DNA of 64,000 nucleotides from a virus (Duplodnaviria; Caudoviricetes): IMG/VR virus record IMGVR_UViG_3300028139_000001, positions 1 to 64,000 of that record; one strand, 5' to 3'. Shown piece by piece: positions 10,801 to 46,680 of this stretch (position 1 is its first letter; each line of letters starts with the position of its first letter). The notes under the pieces were generated by a model. It saw only the letters and a program-made list of their open reading frames with translations, ran no database searches and was not told where the DNA came from. The position numbers and the translations under genes were made by a program.

Positions 10801-13800
10801 GATGATATTTGTAATATACTTATCCCCCATTTTGATAAATATCCTTTGATTGGTAATAAGTTTGCGGATTATCTATTATTTAGGAAAGCAGTTATGCTCA
10901 TAAAAGATAAGTCACATTTAACAGAGGAAGGGCTTAAAGCTATTATAAATATTAAGGCCTTGTTGAATAGGGGCCTTAATGAAGAATTAAAGACTGCCTT
11001 TCCTAAAAATATACCAGTTGAAAGGTCTGTAGTAGTAAACCAAGTTTTGGATAATCCCCAATGGTTAGCCGGATTTATAACGGCTGAAGGTAGTTTCTTT
11101 TTAAATGTTTACAAGGCTAATACTAAAATAGGTTCGGGTATAAAATTAGTATTTCGGATAACTCAGCATATAAGAGATGAATTACTTATAAGAAGTTTTA
11201 TTCAGTATTTTGGTTGTGGAAAAGTTTATAAAAAAACTGGAAAAGATGCTGTTGATTTTATGGTAACAGGTTTTTCAGATATTACTAATAAAATTATTCC
11301 CTTCCTTTGCGAATATCCTGTATTAGGTAATAAATCTAAAGACTTTCAAGATTTTTGTGTGATTGCCGAGCTTATTAAAGATAAGAAACATTTGACGTCA
11401 GAAGGTTTAAAAGAAATTTTAAGTATTAAAGCCGGAATGAATACTAAGCGGCAATACCCCATATAACTCATGTGAACTAATAAATTGAATGGTAAAAAGT
11501 ACGTAGGAAGTTCTATAGATGGATTGAATAAACAACAATAATATAAATTTAATAACAACAATAATATAATTTTAATAACAACAAATACATCTTTAATATC
11601 TGACTAGGATAGTATTGTTAATACGAGAACATAGGCTTACCCTTAGTTCCTTATCATATAAAAGGTATCCCTTTAAAGCTAACCTTGTTAATCGTAGAAG
11701 TTATTCACAGATTACTAATCATCCACCAAGAGAAAGCAGTGTTATTCCGGTTGTAACATATACTGATGCTTTCCTGGATAAAATGGTTATACTCAAAGGT
11801 TCTAAAAATAAAGCAGGAATTTATCGTTGAGTAAACAAAGTAAATGGTAATACCTATATCGGTAGTAGTGTAAATTTAGCTCGAAGACTTAGAGTGTACT
11901 ATGATTTTTCTTATCTTTCAGTTAGAATAAAAAGTAGTAAAAGTCGAATATATAGTGCAATCTTAAAGCATGGTTACTCTAATTTCCAGCTGGAAATATT
12001 AGAATACTGTACAAAAGAAAATGCTATAAATAGAGAACAATATTACATTGATTTATGTAAACCTGAATATAATCTTAATCCTGTAGCAGGTTCAAGATTA
12101 GGAAGTACTTATTCGGAGGAAAGCAGGCTAAAAATGAGTAATTCAGCTAAAGGGCGTAAACACACCGAACAAAGTAAAAGTTTACTTAGTTTGGCTAAAA
12201 AAGGTATCAATAACCCTAATTTTGGAAAAACTCGCAGTAAAGAAACTAAAGCTTTAATTAGTTTAGCTAGATTGGGAAAAAGTTTTCTTTTAGAATCTAC
12301 TAAAGATAGAATGAGTAAAAGTACTGGTACATCTTTAAAAGTTTTAGATTTAAAAACAAATGAAACTTCAATATATACTTCTATAACTAGAGCGGCTGAA
12401 GCTATGGGTGTTACACGGCCTCCATTAGGTAGAAGAGTTAAAAATTCACAAGGTTCCTTTGTAGTTAAAAAACGTTACCAAGTTGAAAAAGTGGAAAATA
12501 ATGAAAAGTAGTAATTGGTTGCCCCCCAAACTTTATTTTAATTCTGGTAGCGTAGACTTTTGGAATATTACAATGTAAATAGAATGCTAAATGAAAAAAG
12601 TATGGCTATTAATGCTTCTTTATTAAAGTACGGTTATACTAATTTTAGTCTGACTATTCTAGAAATTTGTGAAAAAGATAGTCTTATGTCTAGAGAAAAA
12701 CACTTTTTTGAAGTATACTCTCCTGAGTACAATATATTAAAAACACCTGGAAGTCCTTCACGAGGATCAGGTTGAACACATTCTGAAGCTACAATAGAGA
12801 ATATGCGTATAGCTGCTTCTAAGACATTCAAATCTCCGGAGTTTTTAACTAAATTATCTAAAGGTCAACCTAATGGAATAGAAGTTGAGGTAACAGATTT
12901 GAAAACAAATAGTACTTCTATTTACCATGCCATTAAGGCTGCTGCTCGAGCTTTAGGTATAGACAAAAGATACATTGAGCATTATATTTACTTGAAACAA
13001 GATAAACCTGTTTTAGGTAGATATACTTTTAAATTTAATTCAGATCGCACAAGTACAAATATAATTAATGAAAAGGTTCAAAAAACTTCTAATAAAGTGG
13101 AGGTTACTAACGTTGACACTAAGGAGGTTATAATATACTCTTCTATTACCGCTGCTGCTGTTGCCCCCCCCCACATGTAAAATGTGGGAGGGCTAGAGCA
13201 TTGGGTTATCGTAAGATTAAAAAATAAGAAAACAATAATTCGTTACAACTATACAGTATGATTCTTACAAAATTTACATTAACTTGAGGATAAATTTGTG
13301 ATTCGTATATTTGTTCACAAATCACTAAATTATTTATCTTTCATTAAAACTTATCCTTCTGGTATGGAAGAGAAATTAAGTTTAAAACGAATTAATTACA
13401 CTCCAAAAAGGTTTCATAGAATTCACAGTCAAATACGAATGGGTATTACATCTGCTTTTATAAGTAATACTCCTTTTATAGGGAAAAGATGCTTAAGTTA
13501 TACAGCTACTTCCTCTGAAATTGAACCTGTTATAATCTATACTAATCCCGATGAGCATAAAGGATTGATAGCTAAACAAAATAAAGGTAAATCAGGTATT
13601 TACCGTTGAGTTCATAGAGAATCTGGAAAATGTTATGTAGGTTCTTCCTATATTTGTAGAGTGCTAGGTAGACCTTTTTCTACTCTAAATAAAGAAATTA
13701 AAAATGAATCAAGTGAAAGTCTTATTCCTGCTGTTATATACTCAGATGCTTTTGCTTACAAGTCTATTATACTCAATGATAATAAAAATAAAGCCGGAAT

Positions 13801-16800
13801 TTATCGTTGAGTTAATAAAGTGAATGGTAAAAGCTATGTCGGTAGTAGTGAAAATTTTACAGATAGGTTTAGAAAGTACTATAGCTTGGGGAATATTACC
13901 TTAGAATTATTAAAAGGTAAAAGCCTAATATATAGTGCTATTTTAAAGTATGGTTTAAAAAACTTTCAAGTAGAAATATTAGAATACTGTGCGGCAGAAA
14001 ACGCAATAAGTAGAGAACAATATTATCTTGATTTACTAAAACCCAAATATAATATACTTACTACAGCAGGTTCAAGACTTGGATATGTTCATTCTGAGGA
14101 AGCCAGGATTAAAATGAGTAACTCAGCTAAAGGGCGTAAAATTTCTGAAGAGACTAAAAAATTACTTAGTATTGCGAATAAAGGTGTGAATAACCCAAAT
14201 TTTGGTAAAACACATAGTAAAGAAACAAGAGCCTTAATTGCCTTAGCCAAATCAGGTAAATCTGTTCTTTCAGAATCAATGAAATCAAAAATGAGTATAG
14301 ATAGGGGGACATCCCTAAGAGTTTTAGACTTAATAACAAATGAAACTTCCGTCTATCCTTCCATAACCAAAGCGGCAGAAGGAATGGGAGTTTCACAAGC
14401 TGCCATATCAAAGAGGTTTAAGAATACCAATGAAGATATCCTCGTACTTAAAAAGCGGTACAAAGTAGAGAAAGTAGAAGTAAATAATACTTAGTTATAT
14501 AGTAAGTAAGAGGAAGATAGATTTAGACGATATTTTAATCATAGCTATTTATCAAGCAGTCAGCGAGGTGCATCTCTTATTTGTAAGGCACTTTTAAAAT
14601 ATGGTTATGTGGGATTTAGGTTAGAGATTTTAGAATATTGTCCTATTTCAATATTACTGGATAGAGAGCAATTCTATATAGATAACTTAAACCCTGAATA
14701 CAATATATTAAAAACAGCAGTAAGAAAAAAAATAAAAAATATGATTTTTTTACTTTTTTTTCTAACTAATCTAGGATATAAACATACTGAAGCCTCTCTT
14801 AAACTTATGAGTATTTCATCCAAAAGTAGAAATGAATTAGAAGAAGTTATTAAGTTAAAAAGAGAGATTATGTTAGGCCGAAAGTTATCTAAAGACCATC
14901 TAGAAAATATGGCTAAAAATAACCCATTTAGAGTGCCGATAATTCTTTCTAATATCGAAACAGGTAGGAGTGAAGAATTTACTTCTATGATAAAGGCTGC
15001 TCAGTTTTTAGGTGTTGATATGACTACTGTTAAGAGGTATTTAATTAATAATAAGCCATGCAAAGGCTATATGATTACTAAAGCTACTTCTATCTCAGAT
15101 GACTCTTCTTCCTCTAATCTAACTAATTCAAGACAGGCTGTATTAATAACTAATGCTGTTTTAGGCATTACCAAAGAATTCTCTACAATGAAAGCTGCAT
15201 ACCAATTTTTGGGTATATCTCATAAACGACTTTTAAATTGTTTAAATAATAACGAGTCTTCGTTTTCAAATGGACAAGTTGACACCATTTTCATTATTAA
15301 AGATATTTATAAAAAAGGATAAAGTTGTGAACGAATAAAATCATGGTATTCAAACAAGAAAGGCTTTCAAGTCTTTCCCCTTAGTTTCAATTTAAGAAGC
15401 AATATCAGATCACAAAACCTATCTTATCTGTTCAAAGGTAAATTATCTAATAATGGGTTAACTACTGCTACCACGCGTAGGGCGTTTTCTAACACCCCTA
15501 CAAAAGGTGATTGTTTTACTAATACTTCTGAGGTTTTCTCTAACCTAGTTACGGATTTAGATCCTTACTGAGTAACTGGCTTTATTGATGCTGAAGGTTG
15601 TTTCTCTGTTAGTATAGTTATCAACCCCGACTCGAAACTGGGTTGAAGAATTAAAGCTACATTCGTAATAGGTCTTCATAAAAAAGATCGAAAGATCTTG
15701 GAATTTATTAAAAAATTTTTTGGAGTGGGTAATATTAAGCCTCAGGCTAAAGACATGGTACAGTATAGTATTACTTCTGTTAAGGATTTAATGGAAGTAA
15801 TTATTCCACATCTTGAAAAATTTCCTTTAATTTCTAAAAAGAGAGCAGATTTTATTTTATTCAAACAAGTTGTAAATCTTATGTACAACAAAGAACATTT
15901 AACTGTGGAAGGTTTTCAAAAGATTCTCAATCTTAAAGCTTCCATGAATTTAGGTGCTCCAACGAGTTTAAAATCAGTTTTCCCTAATATTATTCCTGTT
16001 GAAAGACCTAAAGTTGAAAATATCGACATTAGTAACCCTTACTGATTAGCTGGCTTTACAAGCGGTGACGGTTGTTTTTCGATTAATATTACTAATTCTA
16101 AAAAGTATATCCAATTTGTATTTTCAATCAATCAACATATTAGGGATAAAGAATTGATAGAAAAATTAAGTTCATATTTGGGATGTGGTACTTGCCGTGC
16201 TCGTGTTAATAATGATGATACAGAATTAAGAGTCACAAAATTTGAGCATTTAACTGGGATAATCATTCCATTTTTTAATAAATACCCTATTGTGGGTGTC
16301 AAAGCTTTAGATTTTGCGGACTGATGTAAAGCAGCAGAACTAGTTAAAAATAAATCTCATCTTTCCACTGAAGGTTTTAAAGAGATCTGTCAAATTAAAG
16401 CTGGATTGAATAAAGGAAGAGAATGGGTCTCATTAATTAACTAATAAGGCATTAGTATTACCAAAGTATACTTTCTGACGCCAACTAGATATAAAGCTGG
16501 AAGGTACACTATAACCAAGCTAGACTCCGTTAAACGAGAAGGTAAAAGTATAGAAGTAACTAATATTAATACAAATGAAGTCATTAAATATTCTTCGCTT
16601 AGTTCAGCAGCTGAAGCTATAGGAATATCTCCGTCTAGTATTTCCAATTCTTCGAATTGGGAAACGAAAAACTCCGTTTAGAGGTACTTACCTCTTTAAA
16701 TTAATTTAAATTATCTGACATGAGAAAAGTGTGTACAATTAATATATTACATATATCGTCAAACTAGTATATCTTTATATTTAAAAGAAAATAGAACTAA

Positions 16801-17156
16801 ACCTTTTAAAGGAAAATATTTGTTCAAATTAGTAGACTAGTATTCTGAGGTATACGTCGTATACTTTTCTAGTACATCTCGTAATTGAAGTATATATCTT
16901 TTTTTATATTAATAAAATAATATAATCTAAGGGTGGAATTGTTGAACGATTAAGTGGGCACATGCTATTGAATATATTAAGTGGATTTACATACAACATT
17001 ATGAGTTCAGGAATAATTTTCTTTTTATTAGGAGTATTACCGTTGCTGTTTATAATAGCGTTCTCTGGATTAGAATTAGGTATTGCATTTATCCAATCTC
17101 AAGTTTTTGTAGTCTTGTCTTGCTCTTACATAAAAGATGCATTAGAACTACATTAG
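4846..17156 (+). CDS. atp6: ATP synthase subunit a; join(4846..5183,6620..6771,9495..9570,16949..17156), 257 aa
   Basis: SPLDQFEI, NNLIGMV|PYSFASTSH, GCPLGLL|PLLVLIEFISYLARNVSLGLRLAANI|LSGHML, FIQSQVFVVLSCSYIKDALELH*. Exon sum is 774 nt. Confidence 0.97.
5184..6189 (+). CDS. LAGLIDADG homing endonuclease, in frame with atp6 exon 1
   Basis: YITGLVDAEG and WLIGFVEGEG motifs; open to TAA 6187-6189 with TGA=Trp. Confidence 0.9.
6420..6503 (-). repeat. Hairpin element inserted inside the intron core
   Basis: Reverse complement of 4117-4201. Confidence 0.85.
6772..9239 (+). CDS. Group II intron reverse transcriptase/maturase/HNH endonuclease (~822 aa), in frame with atp6 exon 2
   Basis: RRVEIPK, RPLGI, HGFRP, GDITKCFD, GTPQG, YVRYADD, maturase X domain and CAICGS..HH..LC..HH; no TAA/TAG from exon 2 to 9237. 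Confidence 0.95.
6772..9494 (+). mobile_element. atp6 intron 2, group II (IIA-like)
   Basis: Starts GTGCG; domain V GAGCCGTATGATGGGAAACTATCACGTACGGTTC at ~9429-9462; ends CCCCTAC; exon 3 resumes in frame. Confidence 0.97.
10108..11466 (+). CDS. GIY-YIG N-terminus fused in frame to a double-motif LAGLIDADG endonuclease
   Basis: KGKSGIYK followed by YFVTGFTDGEG and WLAGFITAEG; frame open from 10108. Confidence 0.85.
   Translation: MILSFVKNFTKRSVTHDRFNLYSVRSRRLLYPFKKYAFFTKCLIPLGVNVRAFSTSKNDDSFSDLVIFSDADKDKLDILKYIKGKSGIYKRYLALGCIAPLCLKFNSIWRRYYSDITKNKVNKSSVTPIVEKDDTFLNNSLGGTSENHTNLSFNKLNPYFVTGFTDGEGSFIISVTKNSESSLGFRVKAIFSIYLHKKDLELLKLIQSYFDGAGNIGENHKDFCSYTFNSLDDICNILIPHFDKYPLIGNKFADYLLFRKAVMLIKDKSHLTEEGLKAIINIKALLNRGLNEELKTAFPKNIPVERSVVVNQVLDNPQWLAGFITAEGSFFLNVYKANTKIGSGIKLVFRITQHIRDELLIRSFIQYFGCGKVYKKTGKDAVDFMVTGFSDITNKIIPFLCEYPVLGNKSKDFQDFCVIAELIKDKKHLTSEGLKEILSIKAGMNTKRQYPI
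11615..12511 (+). CDS. GIY-YIG endonuclease (~298 aa)
   Basis: KAGIYRWVNKVNGNTYIGSS, NUMOD3-like HTEQSK repeats and a C-terminal NUMOD1-like domain; continuous in code 4. Confidence 0.9.
12551..13215 (+). pseudogene. Displaced C-terminal part of host GIY-YIG gene A
   Basis: RRLLEYYNVN..LLKYGYTNFSLTILE..PEYNILK; interrupted at 13157-13195 by a hairpin element between AAA and RALGYR. Confidence 0.75.
13157..13195 (+). repeat. CCCACAT/ATGTGGG hairpin element in a GIY-YIG ORF
   Basis: GCTGTTGCCCCCCCCCACATGTAAAATGTGGGAGGGCTA, flanked by GCT. Confidence 0.85.
13298..14494 (+). CDS. Tandem GIY-YIG fusion ORF (host N-terminus plus inserted full GIY-YIG), ~398 aa
   Basis: KSGIYRW..CYVGSS followed in frame by KAGIYRWVNKVNGKSYVGSS..; open in code 4. 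Confidence 0.85.
14515..15322 (+). pseudogene. Displaced C-terminal part of the GIY-YIG gene starting at 13298
   Basis: DRFRRYFNHS..ALLKYGYVGFRLEILEYC..PEYNILKTA; contains an AT-rich palindromic insertion at 14717-14766. Confidence 0.75.
15335..16444 (+). CDS. LAGLIDADG endonuclease (~369 aa, no ATG start)
   Basis: PYWVTGFIDAEG and WLAGFTSGDG; open from 15335 to TAA 16442-16444. Confidence 0.88.
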
Positions 17157-18541
17157 TAATTAAAAGATATTTATTGTCAGTAGACAAACTTATCATTAAA
17201 GGTTTACCGGCTAGGGATAATGTGTTAGGGAACGTTTCAAGTAAAAATACCCTAACCTCCAGCTTTTTCCCATTTCCCTTACCTTTTTCTTTTTCACCCT
17301 ATACAAGAGACTCTTGTCTTGTACAAACTCAAGGGCCAAATAAAAATTTTCCAGCTCAAATCACAAGAATATATTATTCTACGGTTAATGATAACAATAA
17401 CAAATCTCAGGGATTAAACCCTTGATGAGTTACAGGGTATACGGACGCTGAGGGTTGCTTTATGGTTAATACTGCTAAAGCTAAAACAGCTAAATAAAAT
17501 TATACTGTGAGATTAATATATCAAATCAGTATTCACACTAGCGATATAAAAATATTACAAAAATTAAAGGAATATTTTAATAACAAAGGTGAGATAACGG
17601 AGGCAGCAGGGTACGTTCACTTTAGAGTAACTAATATAAAGGATATACAAGAAGTAATAATTCCTCATTTTTCATCATATCCGTTACAATCTACGAAAGT
17701 AGTATCTTATACTATATTTAAACAAGTTGCTACTATTATTAAAAATAAGGAACACTTAACTTTAGATGGCTTTAAAAAAGTCTTAAGCTTAAAGGCTGCT
17801 TTACCTAAAGGTTTAGATGCTGCAGTATTTAAAGATAGTCAATTTTCAGATATAGTACCCTTCGACACTTCTAACGTCTTTGTTAAAAATACATTTAAAT
17901 TATCTCCATATTACGTTGCTGGGTTCGTTGCAGCGGATGGTTCGTTTTATATCATTAGTCCCAACTATGATACAAAATGGCCTAATTACAATGCCGGGTT
18001 TTCAATAGCTCAAAATAAGAGGGATGAATTTCTTTTACTTAGAATTATAGAAATATTAGAATGCGGTATTATTCAGAAGGATTGTAATAATATGAGATAT
18101 ATATACGTAAGAAATAAAAAAGAACTTTATGATATAATCTTACCTTTTTTTCAGACATATTTTCTTAATAACGGAAAGGATATTGATTTTTATTATTTTA
18201 GCATTGCGTTAGGGATATTATACAAAAATTTAGGAAAAGGGTTAAAAAATTTAACCTCAGAGGATATAAATCAACTAGATCTTTGTAAAAAGTCTATGAA
18301 TAAAAACAGATATTCAAAATCATCCGAGCAATTGTATAATGTTATGTTATTTTGTCTCATATTTAGCATTCTGTACCTTTTTTGGTGTAAGTCTATATAC
18401 CAAAGAGGTATAGTTAGGTTTTATTCTCATAGTAGCTTTTCTTTATTATTAACTAATCATATTAAGATTTTTTTTGACGTAAGTCAAGTGTTTGTAGTTT
18501 TATCTTGCTCTTACATAAAAGATGCATTAGAATTACATTAA
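17120..18541 (+). pseudogene. Free-standing LAGLIDADG gene at the atp6 3' end, with a premature TAA at 17495
   Basis: PWWVTGYTDAEG and YVAGFVAADG; the downstream part reads into the duplicated atp6 C-terminus. Confidence 0.8.
18482..18541 (+). pseudogene. atp6: Duplicated atp6 3' end
   Basis: SQVFVVLSCSYIKDALELH*, same peptide as 17097-17156 with synonymous differences. Confidence 0.92.
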
Positions 18542-18832
18542 TGAAGACCCTGTTTTACTACTGTTTATTGTTGTGATCCAAATAATATTAATCAGCAAAA
18601 GATTTATGCTATAAATGAAGCACAAAACTTTAATTTTTATTTACTCGCAGAATCTTTTCGTGCATTATCTGCAAGAGATAATGCATTAACAGCAAGAACT
18701 CTAAATGGTGCACCATCTAGAATGGTTACTAGATACTTTAACAGGCTTCATTATACGTCATAATACTTGAATGGTTTTCAAGACATGGGGAAACTCATGT
18801 AAGTACTATAATAGCAAATATAGAATCTCTCT

Positions 18833-18883
18833 AGCCCTCCCACATTTTTTCTAAAAAAAAAAAAAAGATGTGGGGGCAAACAG
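18833..18883 (-). repeat. CCCACAT/ATGTGGG hairpin element
   Basis: Reverse complement of the 4681-4729 type. Confidence 0.8.
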
Positions 18884-18998
18884 TCCCCGAGGAGGACTAA
18901 CCTTTAAATCTGGTACATATTTTCTGAAGGGGACCGGGATCATCCCCAAAGGATAGTATATTTTTTTTATTTAATTTATAAAAATTGTTTTTTTAGTT

Positions 18999-19163
18999 AA
19001 CTTGTTGTGAAAGGTAATTACCTTATAAATTTTTATAATAAAAAAAAAACAAAAAGCAAATCCCAGTTAGATAAATCTGTATTTTAGCTGGAAAATATTT
19101 TCTACTATTTAGGTTTTAAATTGAAAGGGAGAAGACTAAGCATTCATGTTAAAGCCCTATATG
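18999..19163. repeat. Dispersed conserved-block element, copy B
   Basis: AACTTGTTGTGAAAGG..AAATCCCAG..GCTGGAAAAT..GGGAGAAGACTAA..AAAGCCCTATAT. Confidence 0.6.
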
Positions 19164-19342
19164 TTAAGCTAAATAGGTATTTAACTTGTGTTTAGAGGTG
19201 AAAAGTTAAATAAAAAAAAATCCTTTATTTCTTACTACTTATTATGTATAGTATACCTATATATTAGGTAGGGCAAAACATAACTTAAATGCTAATGGGT
19301 ACTAAATAGGTTAAACTATTTAATATATGTGTCTTAAAAGAG

Positions 19343-19413
19343 TCCCTATTAGTTTAATGGTAAAACAAGATTTTCCTAATTTCTTTATCTGAGTTTGAGT
19401 CTCAGATAGGGAA
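19343..19413 (+). tRNA. trnR: tRNA-Arg-like, anticodon CCT, weak anticodon stem (possible pseudogene)
   Basis: Acceptor TCCCTAT/ATAGGGA, D arm GTTT/AAAC, T arm CTGAG/CTCAG; anticodon loop TTCCTAA; two T-T mismatches; T loop TTTGAGT. Confidence 0.65.
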
Positions 19414-19505
19414 AATAGTTCTATCTGATAGATTTTATCTTAAAATTTATCTATAAATAATACAAAAAACACTAAGAATTATTTAATATCTAGTTAGATA
19501 TAATA

Positions 19506-19552
19506 CCTAGGCGAGGCCTCCCTCAAGCTGAGCCCAGCCCTTCGGCTAGTTT
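19506..19552 (+). repeat. GC-rich element
   Basis: Reverse complement of 41805-41851 with one difference. Confidence 0.85.
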
Positions 19553-20611
19553 GTTAAAAAAAAACTTTTTAGAATTAAATTCATAACATGTAATAATAGA
19601 TCTATTATTTAGATTATTCTAAAAAAAGAATCTAGGGCTAACCCATCCAACATTATTACACTTTACTGAGAAATTGGCAAATTCTAGTAGGGTCTATTTT
19701 TATATTATAATATATATAATATTTATTTTACCTGTTGTTATCTAAAATAATAAACAATTTATACATAAAAATTTTTTTATAGCAAGTTATTTTACGTAGT
19801 TATATTAGATTAAAAATATTTTATTACATTTAAAAAGCCTATATATTATTTAAAATAAAGGGATATGTTGCATAGGGCTATGCATTTTGATTGCAGATCA
19901 TATATATAAGGTTCAACTCCTTCATATCCTTCATATCCTTTTATTGTAGGATAAAACCTATTTTTAGGCAGGATAAAAAAGGGAGGAAGAAAAAAAAAAA
20001 CGATAATTTTCTTTTTTTTTACATAGAAAAAGTTATTTTAGATGTATTGTACGAACGCATAAATTATCAGGAGCTAAAAAAAACAAATTTTTAGAATAAT
20101 TTCACTTACACAAACACATACTATATCAGGGATCTAAAATAATAAATTAGACGATTTTTTTTCTAAATACTTTTGTGGTTATGTAGATTAATAGATTAAT
20201 AGGTTTTTACTATAAAAAGAATATAAAGTTTTTTTTGCTTTTTTTTTTCTTTAAAAAAAATAAAAAGCTAAAATCTAATTTCTTATTAAAAAATAAGTAA
20301 GGAAAGTAGATTAAACAGTAAATTGTGATAAATATAGTTTATAGTATTATAAACCTACATTTTTATCACTAGTACCTAAAAAAGTATAATAAACTGTAGT
20401 AAAATTGTCTTTTTTAGCAATATATATACTAACAGGTACTAACAGTATCAGTATCAGTATTATATATAACTACACTTGTCCGTTAAAAAAAATTATGACT
20501 GTTTGTAAGAAAAAAGAGCCTTGTTGGAATTGATCAGGAAGCGGTAATATAGTACCCATCTACGAAGATGGAAAAAAAAATGATTTTTGGTTACAAAGAT
20601 CAGGAATTAGT

Positions 20612-46521
<25,910 letters not shown>

Positions 46522-46680
46522 AGTCCTTGTCCTACTAGTCGTCGTTGTTTTTTACTTAGTTGTAGTGAGCATTGTACGAACTTAGTTAATTTTATTGTTA
46601 ACAATAAAATTATTCGTTCTAGTATATTAGTGCTTTTTGTAGTTGGAGTATTTTTACTATTTACACCTGGAGTTAGTTGT
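46522..46680 (+). other. 53-codon in-frame cox1-cox2 linker
   Basis: SPCPTSRRCFLLSCSEHCTNLVNFIVNNKIIRSSILVLFVVGVFLLFTPGVSC; no stop, no Met. Confidence 0.9.

Larger units (their letters stand above)
9571..16948 (+). mobile_element. atp6 intron 3, group I (IC2-like), 7378 nt composite
   Basis: Core at ~9590-9850 (AAACTCCGGGGAAGCC..CAACGAGTAGACGG..GTGTACTCTAGTC); ends GTTGAACG at 16948; multiple nested endonuclease ORFs. Confidence 0.92.

Noticed and set aside
18541-18762. Short orphan frames after the duplicated atp6 tail
   Set aside because: The ATG frame closes after 14 codons; the longer frame has no start and no motif.
19891-20094. 67-aa ORF
   Set aside because: Homopolymer-rich, no similarity to known products; likely chance.
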